64,000 nt of DNA, taken from positions 188,132-252,131 of the forward strand of contig CAYWPX010000001.1 of NCBI GenBank assembly GCA_964460615.1, given 5' to 3'. Below, piece by piece: positions 46,889 to 57,372 of this stretch. Source of the stretch: an uncultured Planctomycetia bacterium (GTDB taxonomy: Bacteria; Omnitrophota; Gorgyraeia; CAYWPX01). Below the pieces are notes generated by a model. The model worked only from the letters and a program-made list of their open reading frames with translations. It was not told where the DNA came from and ran no database searches. The first letter of the stretch is position 1, and each line of letters begins with the position of its first letter. The position numbers and the translations under genes are program-made.

Positions 46889-47974
46889 ATGAACTCTTAT
46901 CTAAAAATGATATGGGAGTTTATCAACAAAGGCCTTAATTACTTATTCGGCCTTTTTTCATCCAATGACATAGGCATTGACCTTGGTACCGCAACTAGTT
47001 TAGCGTATGTAAAAGGAAAGGGGATCGTTCTCTGCGAGCCGTCTGTAGTGGCAGTTGAGAAAGGGACAAACAAGGTCCTGGCAGTCGGACAGGAAGCGAA
47101 AAGAATGCTCGGAAGGACTCCCGGTAATATTGTGGCAATAAGGCCTATGAAAGACGGGGTAATAGCTGACTTTGAGATCACCGAATCGATGCTACGGTAT
47201 TTTATCAGGAAAGCCCACTCTCCGAAGAAATTTTTTATCAGGCCAAGAGTTCTGATAGCTATACCTTCAGGGATAACAGAGGTGGAAAAAAGAGCAGTTA
47301 AGGATTCTGCATTGCACGCCGGCGCAAGAGAAGTTTATATGATAGAAGAACCTGTCGCTGCTGCTATCGGAGTAGGCCTTCCAATTGAAGAACCTTTTGG
47401 TAATATGATCATCGATATAGGCGGCGGTACTACTGAGATCGCTGTTATCTCGTTGGCAGGTATTGTATTTGCCCGTTCAATAAGAATAGGGGGAGACGAA
47501 TTAGACGAAGCGATCATGGAATATCTTAAGAAGACCTACAACCTTATGGTCGGTGAAAGGACAGCTGAAGAGATAAAGATTAAGATTGGGTCAGCATATC
47601 CATTGGAAGAAGAGCTGAATATGGAAGTAAGAGGCAGAGATATCGTAGCGGGACTTCCGAAGATGATCACAGTCTCCAGTGAAGAGATAAGAGAATGTCT
47701 TGCAGAACCTATTTCTCAGATCGTTGAATCTGTGAGGATAACCTTAGAGAGAACTCCGCCTGAATTATCAGCTGATTTGATAGAAAGAGGCATAGTAATG
47801 GCTGGCGGAGGATCGCTGATTAGGGGCATAGACAAATTAATAGCTGAGGAGACTGGCATACCTGTGCATTTGTCAGAGGATCCTTTGACTGCGGTCGCAA
47901 TGGGCACCGGCAAGGTTTTGAATGAAATGAAATACCTCAAAAAAGTTACCGTCAGGCCAAAGCTGGAACTTTAA
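46889..47974 (+). CDS. mreB: Rod shape-determining protein MreB.
   Basis: 361 aa actin-like ATPase ([27 protein letters not shown]). Confidence 0.9.
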   Translation: MNSYLKMIWEFINKGLNYLFGLFSSNDIGIDLGTATSLAYVKGKGIVLCEPSVVAVEKGTNKVLAVGQEAKRMLGRTPGNIVAIRPMKDGVIADFEITESMLRYFIRKAHSPKKFFIRPRVLIAIPSGITEVEKRAVKDSALHAGAREVYMIEEPVAAAIGVGLPIEEPFGNMIIDIGGGTTEIAVISLAGIVFARSIRIGGDELDEAIMEYLKKTYNLMVGERTAEEIKIKIGSAYPLEEELNMEVRGRDIVAGLPKMITVSSEEIRECLAEPISQIVESVRITLERTPPELSADLIERGIVMAGGGSLIRGIDKLIAEETGIPVHLSEDPLTAVAMGTGKVLNEMKYLKKVTVRPKLEL

Positions 47975-48085
47975 TAGGGCCGAATTAACTTTTGTTTTAT
48001 CCGTTGAATTTAAGATCTATCAAAAATTAATTTATTGTGTCCAAATTTTCTAAGACACTAATATTTAAAAAATAAATCATTTAAT

Positions 48086-48856
48086 GTGACTAGAGCAAAA
48101 ATCTTTCTAGTAGTCCTCGGGTTATTTCTTTTTATCTATTTTATTTTAGCCAAACCACAAGCAACTTCTTTAAAATCAAAAACCATCGATATTCTGTATT
48201 CGCCGTTAAAGATCGCCTATAATATTCCTAAGGGTCTTAAATATTTGAATCCTTTTTATTATATTTATAAAAAGGAGATTGAATTAAAGACCCGTATTGC
48301 TTATTTAAATAAACGCATCTTGGAGCTAAATGAACTGGCCTGCCAGAATAATAACCTGAGAAAACTTTTGAATTTTAAATCCCGCTACCCAACCGGTTCC
48401 ATTGCTTCAGAGATCATCGCAAAGGACCCGACAAATTGGTCATCATTGATTATCATAGATAAAGGGTCCAGGGACGGGATCGCCCGCGATATGTGTGTGA
48501 TATCTATTTACGGTTTAGTGGGAAGAGTTTATGATGTCTCCAGTAACACTGCAAAAGTTATCCTGATAACTGATACCGATTCAAGGCTCGGAGCCTATAT
48601 TGAACGCAGCAGGGAGGAAGGTCTATTGGTAGGTCTTAATGAAAACCTCTGCAGGTTGGTCTATCTGGCTGATGATGCTGATGTCAAAAAAGGCGATATA
48701 GTTGTTACGTCCGGCCTGACAGGTATATTCCCGAAGGGATTATTGATCGGCGAGATCATCCATGTCGGGAAAGACTTAAATAATTTATATAAATATGCTG
48801 ATGTAAGGCCGGCCTCCAAGCCGACGAGGCTCGAAGAGGTCTTATGTATAAAATAA
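48086..48856 (+). CDS. mreC: Rod shape-determining protein MreC.
   Basis: 256 aa. N-terminal TM, coiled-coil, and a C-terminal beta domain (VVTSGLTGIFPKGLLIGEI). Confidence 0.8.
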   Translation: MTRAKIFLVVLGLFLFIYFILAKPQATSLKSKTIDILYSPLKIAYNIPKGLKYLNPFYYIYKKEIELKTRIAYLNKRILELNELACQNNNLRKLLNFKSRYPTGSIASEIIAKDPTNWSSLIIIDKGSRDGIARDMCVISIYGLVGRVYDVSSNTAKVILITDTDSRLGAYIERSREEGLLVGLNENLCRLVYLADDADVKKGDIVVTSGLTGIFPKGLLIGEIIHVGKDLNNLYKYADVRPASKPTRLEEVLCIK

Positions 48857-49350
48857 TCAGATGGAAATTGTACCTGTTGCTTTTTTTGTTGGTCATATTG
48901 GAGGCAACCGTTTTTGATTATATAAGGTTTTTTGCGGTTAAGCCTGATGCGGTACTTTTGGTGGTTATTTTTACCGGCTTATTCGGCGGTTTCAGAAAAG
49001 GCGCGGAAGCCGGGATTGCGGGAGGTTTTTTACTCGATATTTTCGGAATTTGCCCATTTGGGACAGGAATGATCCTTTATGGGATTTGCGGCGCCGTATC
49101 GGGGTTATTGAGTAATAGGTTCTATAAAGAGAGTATGTATACGCAGATAATTTTTGCATCGTTATTTGCTGTTGTTATTTCAATATTTTTCGCTGTTTCA
49201 AAATCAAGCTTGCCCAGGTTGGATGTGTATTCATACAATGCTCCCCTCATTCAATTTAAAATATTCATTGTTATTATTTATAATGCACTTATCTGTCCGT
49301 TAATGTTCGCTATTTATTTCAGGATATTCGGATTAAGAAGGACCTATTGA
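48844..49350 (+). CDS. mreD: Rod shape-determining protein MreD.
   Basis: 168 aa polytopic membrane protein, canonically placed between mreC and mrdA. Confidence 0.6.
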   Translation: MYKIIRWKLYLLLFLLVILEATVFDYIRFFAVKPDAVLLVVIFTGLFGGFRKGAEAGIAGGFLLDIFGICPFGTGMILYGICGAVSGLLSNRFYKESMYTQIIFASLFAVVISIFFAVSKSSLPRLDVYSYNAPLIQFKIFIVIIYNALICPLMFAIYFRIFGLRRTY

Positions 49351-51071
49351 TGAGATTTAAGTTTTTTACGTTTATTTTAAATTTACTTATTGGCGCATTG
49401 GCGTTCGGATATTTTTACATACAGGTCATCAAAGGTTCTAATTTTTTCTACCTTTCCGAAAAGAACCGCGTTAGGATCATTTCTCAGGATGCTTCACGCG
49501 GTAAGATTTTGGATAGAAACGGTCTTACTGTAGTCGATAGCAGGATATCATTCAATCTTCTGGTTTCTCCAAGGGATCTGGTAAATAAAGAGCAAACAAT
49601 AGAACTTTTATCCAAGATCCTCGGATTCAGCCGGGAAAAAATTAGGTTTGCTATTGATAAAGCCCGTGAGGTTTCTATGTACCAGCCGGCAGTTATTTTT
49701 GAGGACATACCAAAAAATAAGGCGTTCTCGATTGAGGAAAAAATATTTGATCTTCCTGGGATATCTATCGAGGCAAAACCTATAAGGAATTATGTCTATG
49801 ACAGCGTTGGCTCTCATATATTCGGTTACATCGGTGAGGTGAGCAAAAATGAACTTGATAGTTTAAGCAGCTATGGTTACAGGATGAAGGACATGATCGG
49901 CAGGGCGGGTCTGGAAAAATATTATGATGCATATTTAAAGGGCGATGATGGCGGCATGCAGGTAGAGGTTGATAGTTTAGGGAGAAGAATTAAAACGCTC
50001 GGATATAAGGTTCCAAGAAGCGGGAATTCCGTTGAGATTACAATTGATTTCAGGCTTCAGTACATGGTGCATAAAGCCATGGGTGACCGGCGCGGCGCGG
50101 CAATTGCCATGAACCCTAAAACAGGCGAAATACTTTTATTTGTAAGCACTCCCGAGTATGATCCTAATATTTTTGTCTCATCAGGCAACAATAATGAGAT
50201 AAAATCCACTCTTACCGATTCGTCCAAACCATTACTGAATAGATGTATCTCTGCCCAGTATCCTCCTGGTTCAATATTTAAAATGGTCACAGCAACAGCC
50301 GCATTAGAGCTGGGTAAAATAAAACCTACGGATACATTTACATGCAGCGGAAGGTATCAGCTTGGTAATGCTGTTTTAAAATGCTGGTTAGAATCCGGGC
50401 ACGGGCCTATGGATCTTTATGATGGCATAAAGAATTCATGTAATGTTTATTTCTGTAATATCGGACGAAAGGTTGGGGTGGATCAGTTGTCCGATTTTGC
50501 ATATAAATACGGATTTGGGAAGCCTACCGGTATTGACCTTCCGGATGAGGTTCCAGGAGTTGTTCCGAGCAGAATGTGGAAAGTAATGACAAAGAAGGAT
50601 TCCTGGTATGAAGGGGAAACGCTTAACTATTCTATAGGACAGGGCGCATTGACGGTCACTCCTATGCAGGCAGTAAGAATGGTATCTTGTATAGCTAATG
50701 ACGGAGAACTGGTTCAGCCCTACATTGTTAAAAAAATAGGCAATATAAATATTTTTCCCAGTAAGATGAAAAACCTGAACCTCTCAGAAAAAACTTTAAA
50801 TGAAATTAAAGAAGGGATGCGCAGAGTCGTCCAGGAAGGAGGCACCGGGAAAAGAGCCAATGTAGAGGGGCTTAATATCGCCGGTAAGACCGGAACGGCT
50901 CAATGCGGAACTGGAAAGACTCCGCATGCATGGTTTGTGGGCTTTGCGCCGATGGATGACCCAAAGATTAGCGTTGTCGTTCTTATTGAGAACGGAGGCC
51001 ATGGCGGAGTAGTTGCTGCGGAGATCGCAGAGGTAATTTTCAGGGAAGCAAAGGCTGAAGGGAATCTATGA
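49347..51071 (+). CDS. mrdA: Peptidoglycan D,D-transpeptidase MrdA (PBP2).
   Basis: 574 aa. Transpeptidase motifs SIFK (PPGSIFKMVT), SCN (KNSCNVY), KTGTA (AGKTGTAQ). Confidence 0.9.
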   Translation: MMRFKFFTFILNLLIGALAFGYFYIQVIKGSNFFYLSEKNRVRIISQDASRGKILDRNGLTVVDSRISFNLLVSPRDLVNKEQTIELLSKILGFSREKIRFAIDKAREVSMYQPAVIFEDIPKNKAFSIEEKIFDLPGISIEAKPIRNYVYDSVGSHIFGYIGEVSKNELDSLSSYGYRMKDMIGRAGLEKYYDAYLKGDDGGMQVEVDSLGRRIKTLGYKVPRSGNSVEITIDFRLQYMVHKAMGDRRGAAIAMNPKTGEILLFVSTPEYDPNIFVSSGNNNEIKSTLTDSSKPLLNRCISAQYPPGSIFKMVTATAALELGKIKPTDTFTCSGRYQLGNAVLKCWLESGHGPMDLYDGIKNSCNVYFCNIGRKVGVDQLSDFAYKYGFGKPTGIDLPDEVPGVVPSRMWKVMTKKDSWYEGETLNYSIGQGALTVTPMQAVRMVSCIANDGELVQPYIVKKIGNINIFPSKMKNLNLSEKTLNEIKEGMRRVVQEGGTGKRANVEGLNIAGKTGTAQCGTGKTPHAWFVGFAPMDDPKISVVVLIENGGHGGVVAAEIAEVIFREAKAEGNL

Positions 51072-52159
51072 AGACACTTAGAAATCTTATTAATTTTGAT
51101 AAGCAGCTTTTTTCAATTGTGCTCGGACTGTCATTTATAGGAATACTTTTTGTATATAGCTCTTCAACCGATAACTATGGCACAGATATGGATTATGTTA
51201 TAAAGCAGTTTCTCTGGATGATGGTGGGCCTGGTAGCTATCGGGCTTATTCTTATGGTGGATTACAAAATATTGTTTGATTGGGCATATGTTATTTACGG
51301 AATAAGCATAGTATTATTATTTTTGCTTTTAATAATCGGTAAGGCGAGGGCAGGGGCGCAAAGGTGGTTTGAGATAGGAGGTATAACTATTCAGCCTTCT
51401 GAATTTGTTAAGCTGACCTTTATAATAGCGCTGGCTAAATTTCTGACAAAAAATAAATATGAAATAAATCTTAAGACTATTTTTTACGCTTTTTTGATCG
51501 CATCTCCAGCGCTACTATTGATTTTTAAACAGCCTGACTTAGGTACGGCCCTTATATTGGTGCCCATACTATTGATCATGCTTTTTATTGCAGGTATGAA
51601 TATTAAGGTTTTGTTTAAAATAGTTTTTGGCGGCATTCTTATAACTCCTATCATGTGGCATTTCCTTAAGGACTATCAAAGAAAGAGGCTACTGGTATTT
51701 CTTGACCCTAATGTTGATCCTTTGGGATCCGGGTACACTATGATACAGTCAAAGATAGCCATAGGCTCCGGAAAATTATTTGGAAAAGGGTGGCTCTCCG
51801 GGACGCAGTCAAGGCTTAATTTTATCCCGGAAAGGCATACTGATTTTATTTTTTCCGTCGTTGGAGAAGAATGGGGGTACGTAGGTGTATTACTGGTATT
51901 GATATTATTTTTGGTTTTAATAAGAAAAGCAATCAGTGTCTCCGAGACTACCGAGGAGGATTTTGGCAGATTTATTGCAGCCGGCATCGGTTCTTTATTT
52001 ATGATACAGGTAGTTATGAATATCGGGATGAACGCCGGGCTAATGCCTGTAGTGGGAGTGCCGCTTCCATTTATAAGTTATGGCGGATCGAGCCTGTTAA
52101 CCAGTTTTGTGGCGGTCGGGCTTTTATTAAATATTAAAATGAGGCGATCAATTTTTTAA
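51068..52159 (+). CDS. rodA: Peptidoglycan glycosyltransferase RodA (SEDS family).
   Basis: 363 aa. SEDS motifs (IQPSEFVKL, DFIFSVVGEEWG, PLPFISYGGSS). Confidence 0.9.
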   Translation: MKTLRNLINFDKQLFSIVLGLSFIGILFVYSSSTDNYGTDMDYVIKQFLWMMVGLVAIGLILMVDYKILFDWAYVIYGISIVLLFLLLIIGKARAGAQRWFEIGGITIQPSEFVKLTFIIALAKFLTKNKYEINLKTIFYAFLIASPALLLIFKQPDLGTALILVPILLIMLFIAGMNIKVLFKIVFGGILITPIMWHFLKDYQRKRLLVFLDPNVDPLGSGYTMIQSKIAIGSGKLFGKGWLSGTQSRLNFIPERHTDFIFSVVGEEWGYVGVLLVLILFLVLIRKAISVSETTEEDFGRFIAAGIGSLFMIQVVMNIGMNAGLMPVVGVPLPFISYGGSSLLTSFVAVGLLLNIKMRRSIF

Positions 52160-52167
52160 AAGGAATT

Positions 52168-53847
52168 ATGAATATCGAAGATAATATCCTTGAGATCCTT
52201 CCGAATGTTTCAAAGCCGGCCAGATATATAGGTTCGGAATGGAATATGGAAAAGAAGGACCCTGTTGGAAAAATAAGGGTTGTCTTGTGTTTTCCCGATA
52301 CATACGAAATAGGCATGAGTTATTTGGGTTTTAAGATCATGTATCACTTGTTAAATTCCTACGATGATGTTTACTGTGAAAGAGTGTTCGCTCCCTGGAT
52401 CGATTGTGAGAAAGCATTAGTCGAAAAAAAAATACCTTTGTTTTCTTTGGAGACGAGGACTCCTTTGGACCAGTTTGATATAATAGCTTTTTCTATTAAC
52501 TATGAATTGACTTATACAAATGTCTTGAATATCCTCAGTTTGGGAAGGTTGCCGGTTAAAAGGCTTGATAGGGATGGAACCCATCCCGTTATTATCGCCG
52601 GAGGGCCATCAACACTGAATCCTGCGCCATTAACCAAATTTATTGATGCTTTTTTTGTAGGCGAAGGAGAAAATGGTGTTGAAAAAATAATCAATGCCGC
52701 AAGAGCCCACCTTAAGGGCGATAAGAATAAAAATAAATTTCTTGAGGCCATAAATAAGATCGGATCCGTCTATGTTCCGGGGGCTGAAAAGGAAGTTCAA
52801 AAAAGTATACTCAAAGATCTAAATAGTTCTTTTTATCCTGTTAAGCAGATTGTCCCCTTTATCGAAGTCGTACACGATAGGGTGAGCTTGGAGATAATGA
52901 GAGGTTGCCCCAATAGGTGCAGATTCTGCCAGGCAAGCGTTGTTTACCATCCTCTACGAATCAGAAAGATTGACAGGATATTAGAGATCGCAAAATCGGC
53001 ATATTCTAATTGCGGTTATGATGAAATATCCCTTTTATCGCTTTCAAGCGGTGAGCACCCGCAAATTATTGAAATATTAAAAACTCTTTTAAATGAATTC
53101 AGAGAAAAAAGGGTAAGTATATCCCTGCCTTCGCTAAAAGCTGAGAACCTGGTAAAAGATTTTCCGCCATTATTAAAGCAGATAAAAAAAACCGGGCTTA
53201 CTCTGGCATTAGAGTCTGGCAGTGAACGCCTAAGGTCCGTATTAAATAAACAAATAGATCTTGATAATCTCCTGGATATCATTACTTTTGCTTTTAATTC
53301 CGGGTGGAAGCATCTGAAACTTTATTTAATGATAGGGCTTCCTACAGAGACTGAGAGCGATATTGTAAAGACCGTTGATTTCATCGGCAAGATCGCTATC
53401 ATAGCCAAGGGAAAAGGTTATGTCAGTTTGAGCATATCCAGTTTTGTTCCGAAACCTTTTACGCCATTTCAGTGGGAAGGGATGCTTGATAACGAAGAGC
53501 TTTTAAAAAGAAAGGAATTGCTATTTTCCGGATTAAAGAAATTTAAGAATGTTGAATTTAAGTTCCACGACACGAAAATCGCTTTTTTGGAGGCAGTATT
53601 TTCCAGGGCTGATTCAAAATTGGCAGACGCTATTGAGCTGGCCTGGAAGGACGGCGCGAAGTTCGATGCATGGAGCGAATGTTTTAAGTATGATATTTGG
53701 GCAAATGCCTTTAAAAAACTTGATTTAAGTATGGAGTATTTTGCCAACAGGAAAATTCAACATCATGAAGTGCTTCCATGGGACTTTATTAACATCGGTA
53801 TCGATAAAAAACATTTGGTTGAAGAGGCCAAGGCCTGCGGACTTTAG
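52168..53847 (+). CDS. Radical SAM protein with an N-terminal B12-binding-like domain (TIGR03960-type).
   Basis: 559 aa. CxxxCxxC CPNRCRFCQA. N-terminal Rossmann-like region (IRVVLCFPDTYEIGMSYLGFKIMY). Confidence 0.8.
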   Translation: MNIEDNILEILPNVSKPARYIGSEWNMEKKDPVGKIRVVLCFPDTYEIGMSYLGFKIMYHLLNSYDDVYCERVFAPWIDCEKALVEKKIPLFSLETRTPLDQFDIIAFSINYELTYTNVLNILSLGRLPVKRLDRDGTHPVIIAGGPSTLNPAPLTKFIDAFFVGEGENGVEKIINAARAHLKGDKNKNKFLEAINKIGSVYVPGAEKEVQKSILKDLNSSFYPVKQIVPFIEVVHDRVSLEIMRGCPNRCRFCQASVVYHPLRIRKIDRILEIAKSAYSNCGYDEISLLSLSSGEHPQIIEILKTLLNEFREKRVSISLPSLKAENLVKDFPPLLKQIKKTGLTLALESGSERLRSVLNKQIDLDNLLDIITFAFNSGWKHLKLYLMIGLPTETESDIVKTVDFIGKIAIIAKGKGYVSLSISSFVPKPFTPFQWEGMLDNEELLKRKELLFSGLKKFKNVEFKFHDTKIAFLEAVFSRADSKLADAIELAWKDGAKFDAWSECFKYDIWANAFKKLDLSMEYFANRKIQHHEVLPWDFINIGIDKKHLVEEAKACGL

Positions 53848-53875
53848 GATTATCATAAAAATCCAGTTCCTAAAA

Positions 53876-53904
53876 TTGACAAAGGTAGATCCTTATAGTA
53901 TAAT
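53876..53904 (+). promoter_or_regulatory. Perfect consensus sigma-70 promoter upstream of pilT.
   Basis: TTGACA, a 17-nt spacer, then TATAAT (53899-53904), about 130 nt upstream of the pilT start. Confidence 0.65.
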
Positions 53905-54032
53905 AATAAGTTAAGAAAGTATGAGTTTTTAATACTTTTTTTATAATTACATAGTAATTAGTACTCAACCTATATTTGCTAAATATAATTAAGTAACTAG
54001 TATCCCTGAAGCATAAATTTTTAAAGGAGATT

Positions 54033-55100
54033 ATGATGATTCAAGAGCTTAAGGATTTGCTTAAACTGATGGTTGAGAAGAATGCGTCGGATCTTCATAT
54101 AACTTCTAATTGGCCCCCTAGCCTTAGAATAGATGAAAAGCTTATACAGGTCAATAATGACCCTATGACCGGGGATGCTGTGAAGTCGATGGCTTATAGT
54201 ATGCTAAACAAAAAACAGATAGAGATTCTTGAGAGAGACTATGAACTCGATTTCTCTTTTACTGTGGAAGATTTGAGTAATTTCAGGGTTAACATGTTTT
54301 TTCAAAGGGGTTCTCTTGGGATAGCTATCAGAAGGATACCATTTGAGATATTTAGTTTTGAAGAGTGTGGGTTGCCGTCCGAAGTAGTGATAAACCTTTG
54401 TAAAAAACAGAAGGGGTTGGTGTTGGTAACAGGCGCTACCGGTAGCGGTAAATCCACAACGCTTGCATCAATGATTAATTACATTAATAATGAAAAACCG
54501 GTTCACATTGTTACAATTGAGGACCCGATAGAGTTTGTACATAAAAATATAAAAGCAGTTATAGACCAAAGAGAAGTTTATTCCGATACACATTCATTCA
54601 GCCAATCTTTAAAACACGTTCTTAGGCAAGATCCCAATGTCATACTGATAGGCGAGATGAGGGACCTTGAGACCATTGAAGCAGCCTTAGTTATAGCTGA
54701 AACCGGCCACTTGGTTTTTGCGACATTGCATACTTCCGATGCTACGCAGACAATAAATAGAATCATAGATGTTTTTCCGGCCCATCAACAACAGCAGATA
54801 AGGACGCAGTTGTCATTTGTCCTCCTGGGAGTTATTTCTCAGCAATTGATACCAAAGGCTAGCGGTCAGGGTAGAGTGCTTGCAACCGAGATCCTGCTCT
54901 CTAATCCCGCTTTAAGGAGCCTTATTCGTGAGTCTAAGGCTCATCAGATATATTCAGTTATTCAGACCGGCCAAAAAGAGGGAATGAAAACAATGAATCA
55001 ATCTCTCTATGAGCTTTACTCGAAAAAACTTATCTCTTATGAAGAGGCATTTTTAAGGACATCCGATTCGGAAGATCTTTCGAGGCTTTTTAAAAAATAA
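54033..55100 (+). CDS. pilT: Type IV pilus retraction ATPase PilT.
   Basis: 355 aa. Walker A GATGSGKST, Asp box, Walker B ILIGEMRD, His box LVFATLHT, and the AIRNLIRE-like signature PALRSLIRE. Confidence 0.9.
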   Translation: MMIQELKDLLKLMVEKNASDLHITSNWPPSLRIDEKLIQVNNDPMTGDAVKSMAYSMLNKKQIEILERDYELDFSFTVEDLSNFRVNMFFQRGSLGIAIRRIPFEIFSFEECGLPSEVVINLCKKQKGLVLVTGATGSGKSTTLASMINYINNEKPVHIVTIEDPIEFVHKNIKAVIDQREVYSDTHSFSQSLKHVLRQDPNVILIGEMRDLETIEAALVIAETGHLVFATLHTSDATQTINRIIDVFPAHQQQQIRTQLSFVLLGVISQQLIPKASGQGRVLATEILLSNPALRSLIRESKAHQIYSVIQTGQKEGMKTMNQSLYELYSKKLISYEEAFLRTSDSEDLSRLFKK

Positions 55101-55137
55101 TAGCAGGGTTTTTAATAATCAAAGGTAATTAATAAAT

Positions 55138-55584
55138 ATGCCGCCATTTCGTAAAATAGTAAGCAAACAACTGGGTGAGCTCTTAGTTGAAAGAGGTATT
55201 ATTACCAAAGAGCAGCTTTCCAGGGCTCTCGCTATGCAGAAAGATAGCGGAGGAATGATAGGCCAGATACTTGTCTCCATGGGATTTGTTACTGACGAAC
55301 AGATTGCGCAGTCCTTAACTGTCCAATACGGATTCCCATATCTGCCTTTAGGAAGTTATGATATTGACCAGGAAGCTCTCAGGCTTATCCCTGAGGATGT
55401 TTCTAGGAAAAATTGCTTGATCGCCATTGATAAAATAGCCTCAACTCTTACTGTTGCCATGGCCAATCCTTTAAATATTGCGGCTGTTGAAGAGATCGAG
55501 TCGCTTACCGGGTTGAGGGTCCAGGTTTTTGTCAGTACCATCGCTGATGTTGAAGGCGCTATAAATAAGTATTACAAAAAATAA
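55138..55584 (+). CDS. Stand-alone T2SS-E N-terminal (MshEN-like) domain protein. The putative c-di-GMP-binding motif is fully conserved.
   Basis: 148 aa. Two 24-residue motifs, QLGELLVERGIITKEQLSRALAMQ and MIGQILVSMGFVTDEQIAQSLTVQ, separated by the 5-residue spacer KDSGG. They match RLGxxLVxxG(I/F)(L/V)xxxxLxxxLxxQ. Confidence 0.7.
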   Translation: MPPFRKIVSKQLGELLVERGIITKEQLSRALAMQKDSGGMIGQILVSMGFVTDEQIAQSLTVQYGFPYLPLGSYDIDQEALRLIPEDVSRKNCLIAIDKIASTLTVAMANPLNIAAVEEIESLTGLRVQVFVSTIADVEGAINKYYKK

Positions 55585-55626
55585 GGTAATTTAGTTTGGC
55601 CCTGTATCATAAATTGAAAGCTATAA

Positions 55627-57357
55627 ATGGCTACATCCTTAAAGGACAGGTTATCCAAAGCTCTTATAGAAAATAAGCTTATTACCCCGGAGAAATTAGA
55701 AGAGGCCCTTAATATACAAAAAGAGAACGGGGGAAAGCTGAGTGAAATACTTGTTGAAAAAGGTTTTATTGATAAACGCGACCTTATGGTTGCGCTTTCA
55801 GACGAATTAGGTATTCCCCCCATCAATCTCGGTAAATACAAAATCGATCCCGAAGTAATTAAGTTAATCCCAAAAAAAACCGCGCAACATTATAAAATTA
55901 TCCCTGTCTCCAAGATAGGCAACGTGCTTACTATTGCCATGGCAGACCCCCTTAATATATTTGCAATCGATGACATAAAGTCCCTCACAGGTTTCAGTAT
56001 AGGCCCCGTCATAACTACCGACAAAGATATTGAAGATGCTTACGATACCTATTACGGAGAAACTACCCATAAAGAGATCGAGGACATTGTTTCCGATATG
56101 GCTGATGATGCTTCCTTAGAAACGGTCGAGGAAAAATATGATTCCGGTACCACTGAAGAATTGATGAAATTGGTTCAGGATACACCGGTAGTAAAAATGA
56201 CCAATCTGATTCTTTCGGAAGCTGTAAAGGCTAAGGCCAGTGATATCCTTATTGAACCGCTCGAGACAAAACTGAGGATAAGATATAGGGTTGACGGGAT
56301 TCTGCAGGAAGGAAATAATCCTCCTAAATCCATGCACAACGGTATTATCTCCAGAATAAAAGTCATGTCCGAATTAGATATAGCTGAAAGAAGGCTGCCA
56401 CAAGACGGTAGGTTCAAAATAAGGATATTAAATAAAGAGGTGGATTTCAGGGTATCTGTGCTGCCTTCAAGCTTTGGCGAGAAGATAGCGTTAAGAATTC
56501 TTGATAAGACTCAGGCTACACTGGATCTAGATAAACTCGGTTTTGAACCGAAGCCATTGGAAGATCTGAAAAAAGTCGCTACAAGGCCGCACGGTATGAT
56601 ACTTATATGCGGGCCTACTGGTTGCGGGAAGACAACAACGCTTTATTCTATTCTTAAAAATATTGATACGCCCGAAAAAAATATTATTACAATTGAAGAC
56701 CCGGTAGAATATCTTCTTTATGGTATAAATCAGGTTTCTATTAAGCCTGAGATCGGCCTAACGTTTGCAAGTTCCCTAAGAAGTATCCTGAGGCAGGATC
56801 CTGATGTTATTATGGTCGGCGAAATAAGGGATTTTGATACGGTTGATATTGCAATAAAAGCTGCGCTTACGGGGCATCTTGTGCTAAGTACTTTGCATAC
56901 TACTACCGCCATAGGGTCTATAGTAAGGTTGGTGAATATGGGGGTTGAACCGTTCCTATTGACTTCATCGGTCCTTTTGGTTGCTGCCCAAAGGCTTGTC
57001 AGAAAATTGTGTCCGGCCTGCAAAGAACCCTATAAAGTTGATAGCGTTACCTGTAATAAATATAAGATCAAATGTCCTCCTGGAGGGGTTACGTTATTTA
57101 GGCCTAAAGGATGCCCCAATTGCTTTAATACCGGCTACAGAGGAAGGGCCGGTTTGATAGAGGTTTTAGTTCTTACTCCTCAGATTAGAGAGTTGATCGC
57201 TAATAAAGCTCAGGAATACGAACTTCGTGAAGCAGCCAGGGTCGAAGGAATGGCTACTTTAAGGGAGAATGGAATTACTAAGGTTTTGGAAGGGGTAACC
57301 AGCCTTGAGGAAATACTCAGACTGACTGTCGGCGAACAAGAAGCAGTTATCGTATAA
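55627..57357 (+). CDS. pilB: Type IV pilus assembly ATPase PilB/GspE family (copy 1).
   Basis: 576 aa. N-terminal GspE_N domain, Walker A GPTGCGKTT (Cys instead of Ser), Walker B VIMVGEIRD, and tetracysteine CPAC...CPNC. Confidence 0.9.
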   Translation: MATSLKDRLSKALIENKLITPEKLEEALNIQKENGGKLSEILVEKGFIDKRDLMVALSDELGIPPINLGKYKIDPEVIKLIPKKTAQHYKIIPVSKIGNVLTIAMADPLNIFAIDDIKSLTGFSIGPVITTDKDIEDAYDTYYGETTHKEIEDIVSDMADDASLETVEEKYDSGTTEELMKLVQDTPVVKMTNLILSEAVKAKASDILIEPLETKLRIRYRVDGILQEGNNPPKSMHNGIISRIKVMSELDIAERRLPQDGRFKIRILNKEVDFRVSVLPSSFGEKIALRILDKTQATLDLDKLGFEPKPLEDLKKVATRPHGMILICGPTGCGKTTTLYSILKNIDTPEKNIITIEDPVEYLLYGINQVSIKPEIGLTFASSLRSILRQDPDVIMVGEIRDFDTVDIAIKAALTGHLVLSTLHTTTAIGSIVRLVNMGVEPFLLTSSVLLVAAQRLVRKLCPACKEPYKVDSVTCNKYKIKCPPGGVTLFRPKGCPNCFNTGYRGRAGLIEVLVLTPQIRELIANKAQEYELREAARVEGMATLRENGITKVLEGVTSLEEILRLTVGEQEAVIV

Positions 57358-57372
57358 CAAATTAAATTTAAT

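Noticed and set aside
51871-52137. 88-aa plus-strand alternative-frame ORF.
   Set aside because: It is nested inside rodA, whose own frame carries the SEDS motifs.
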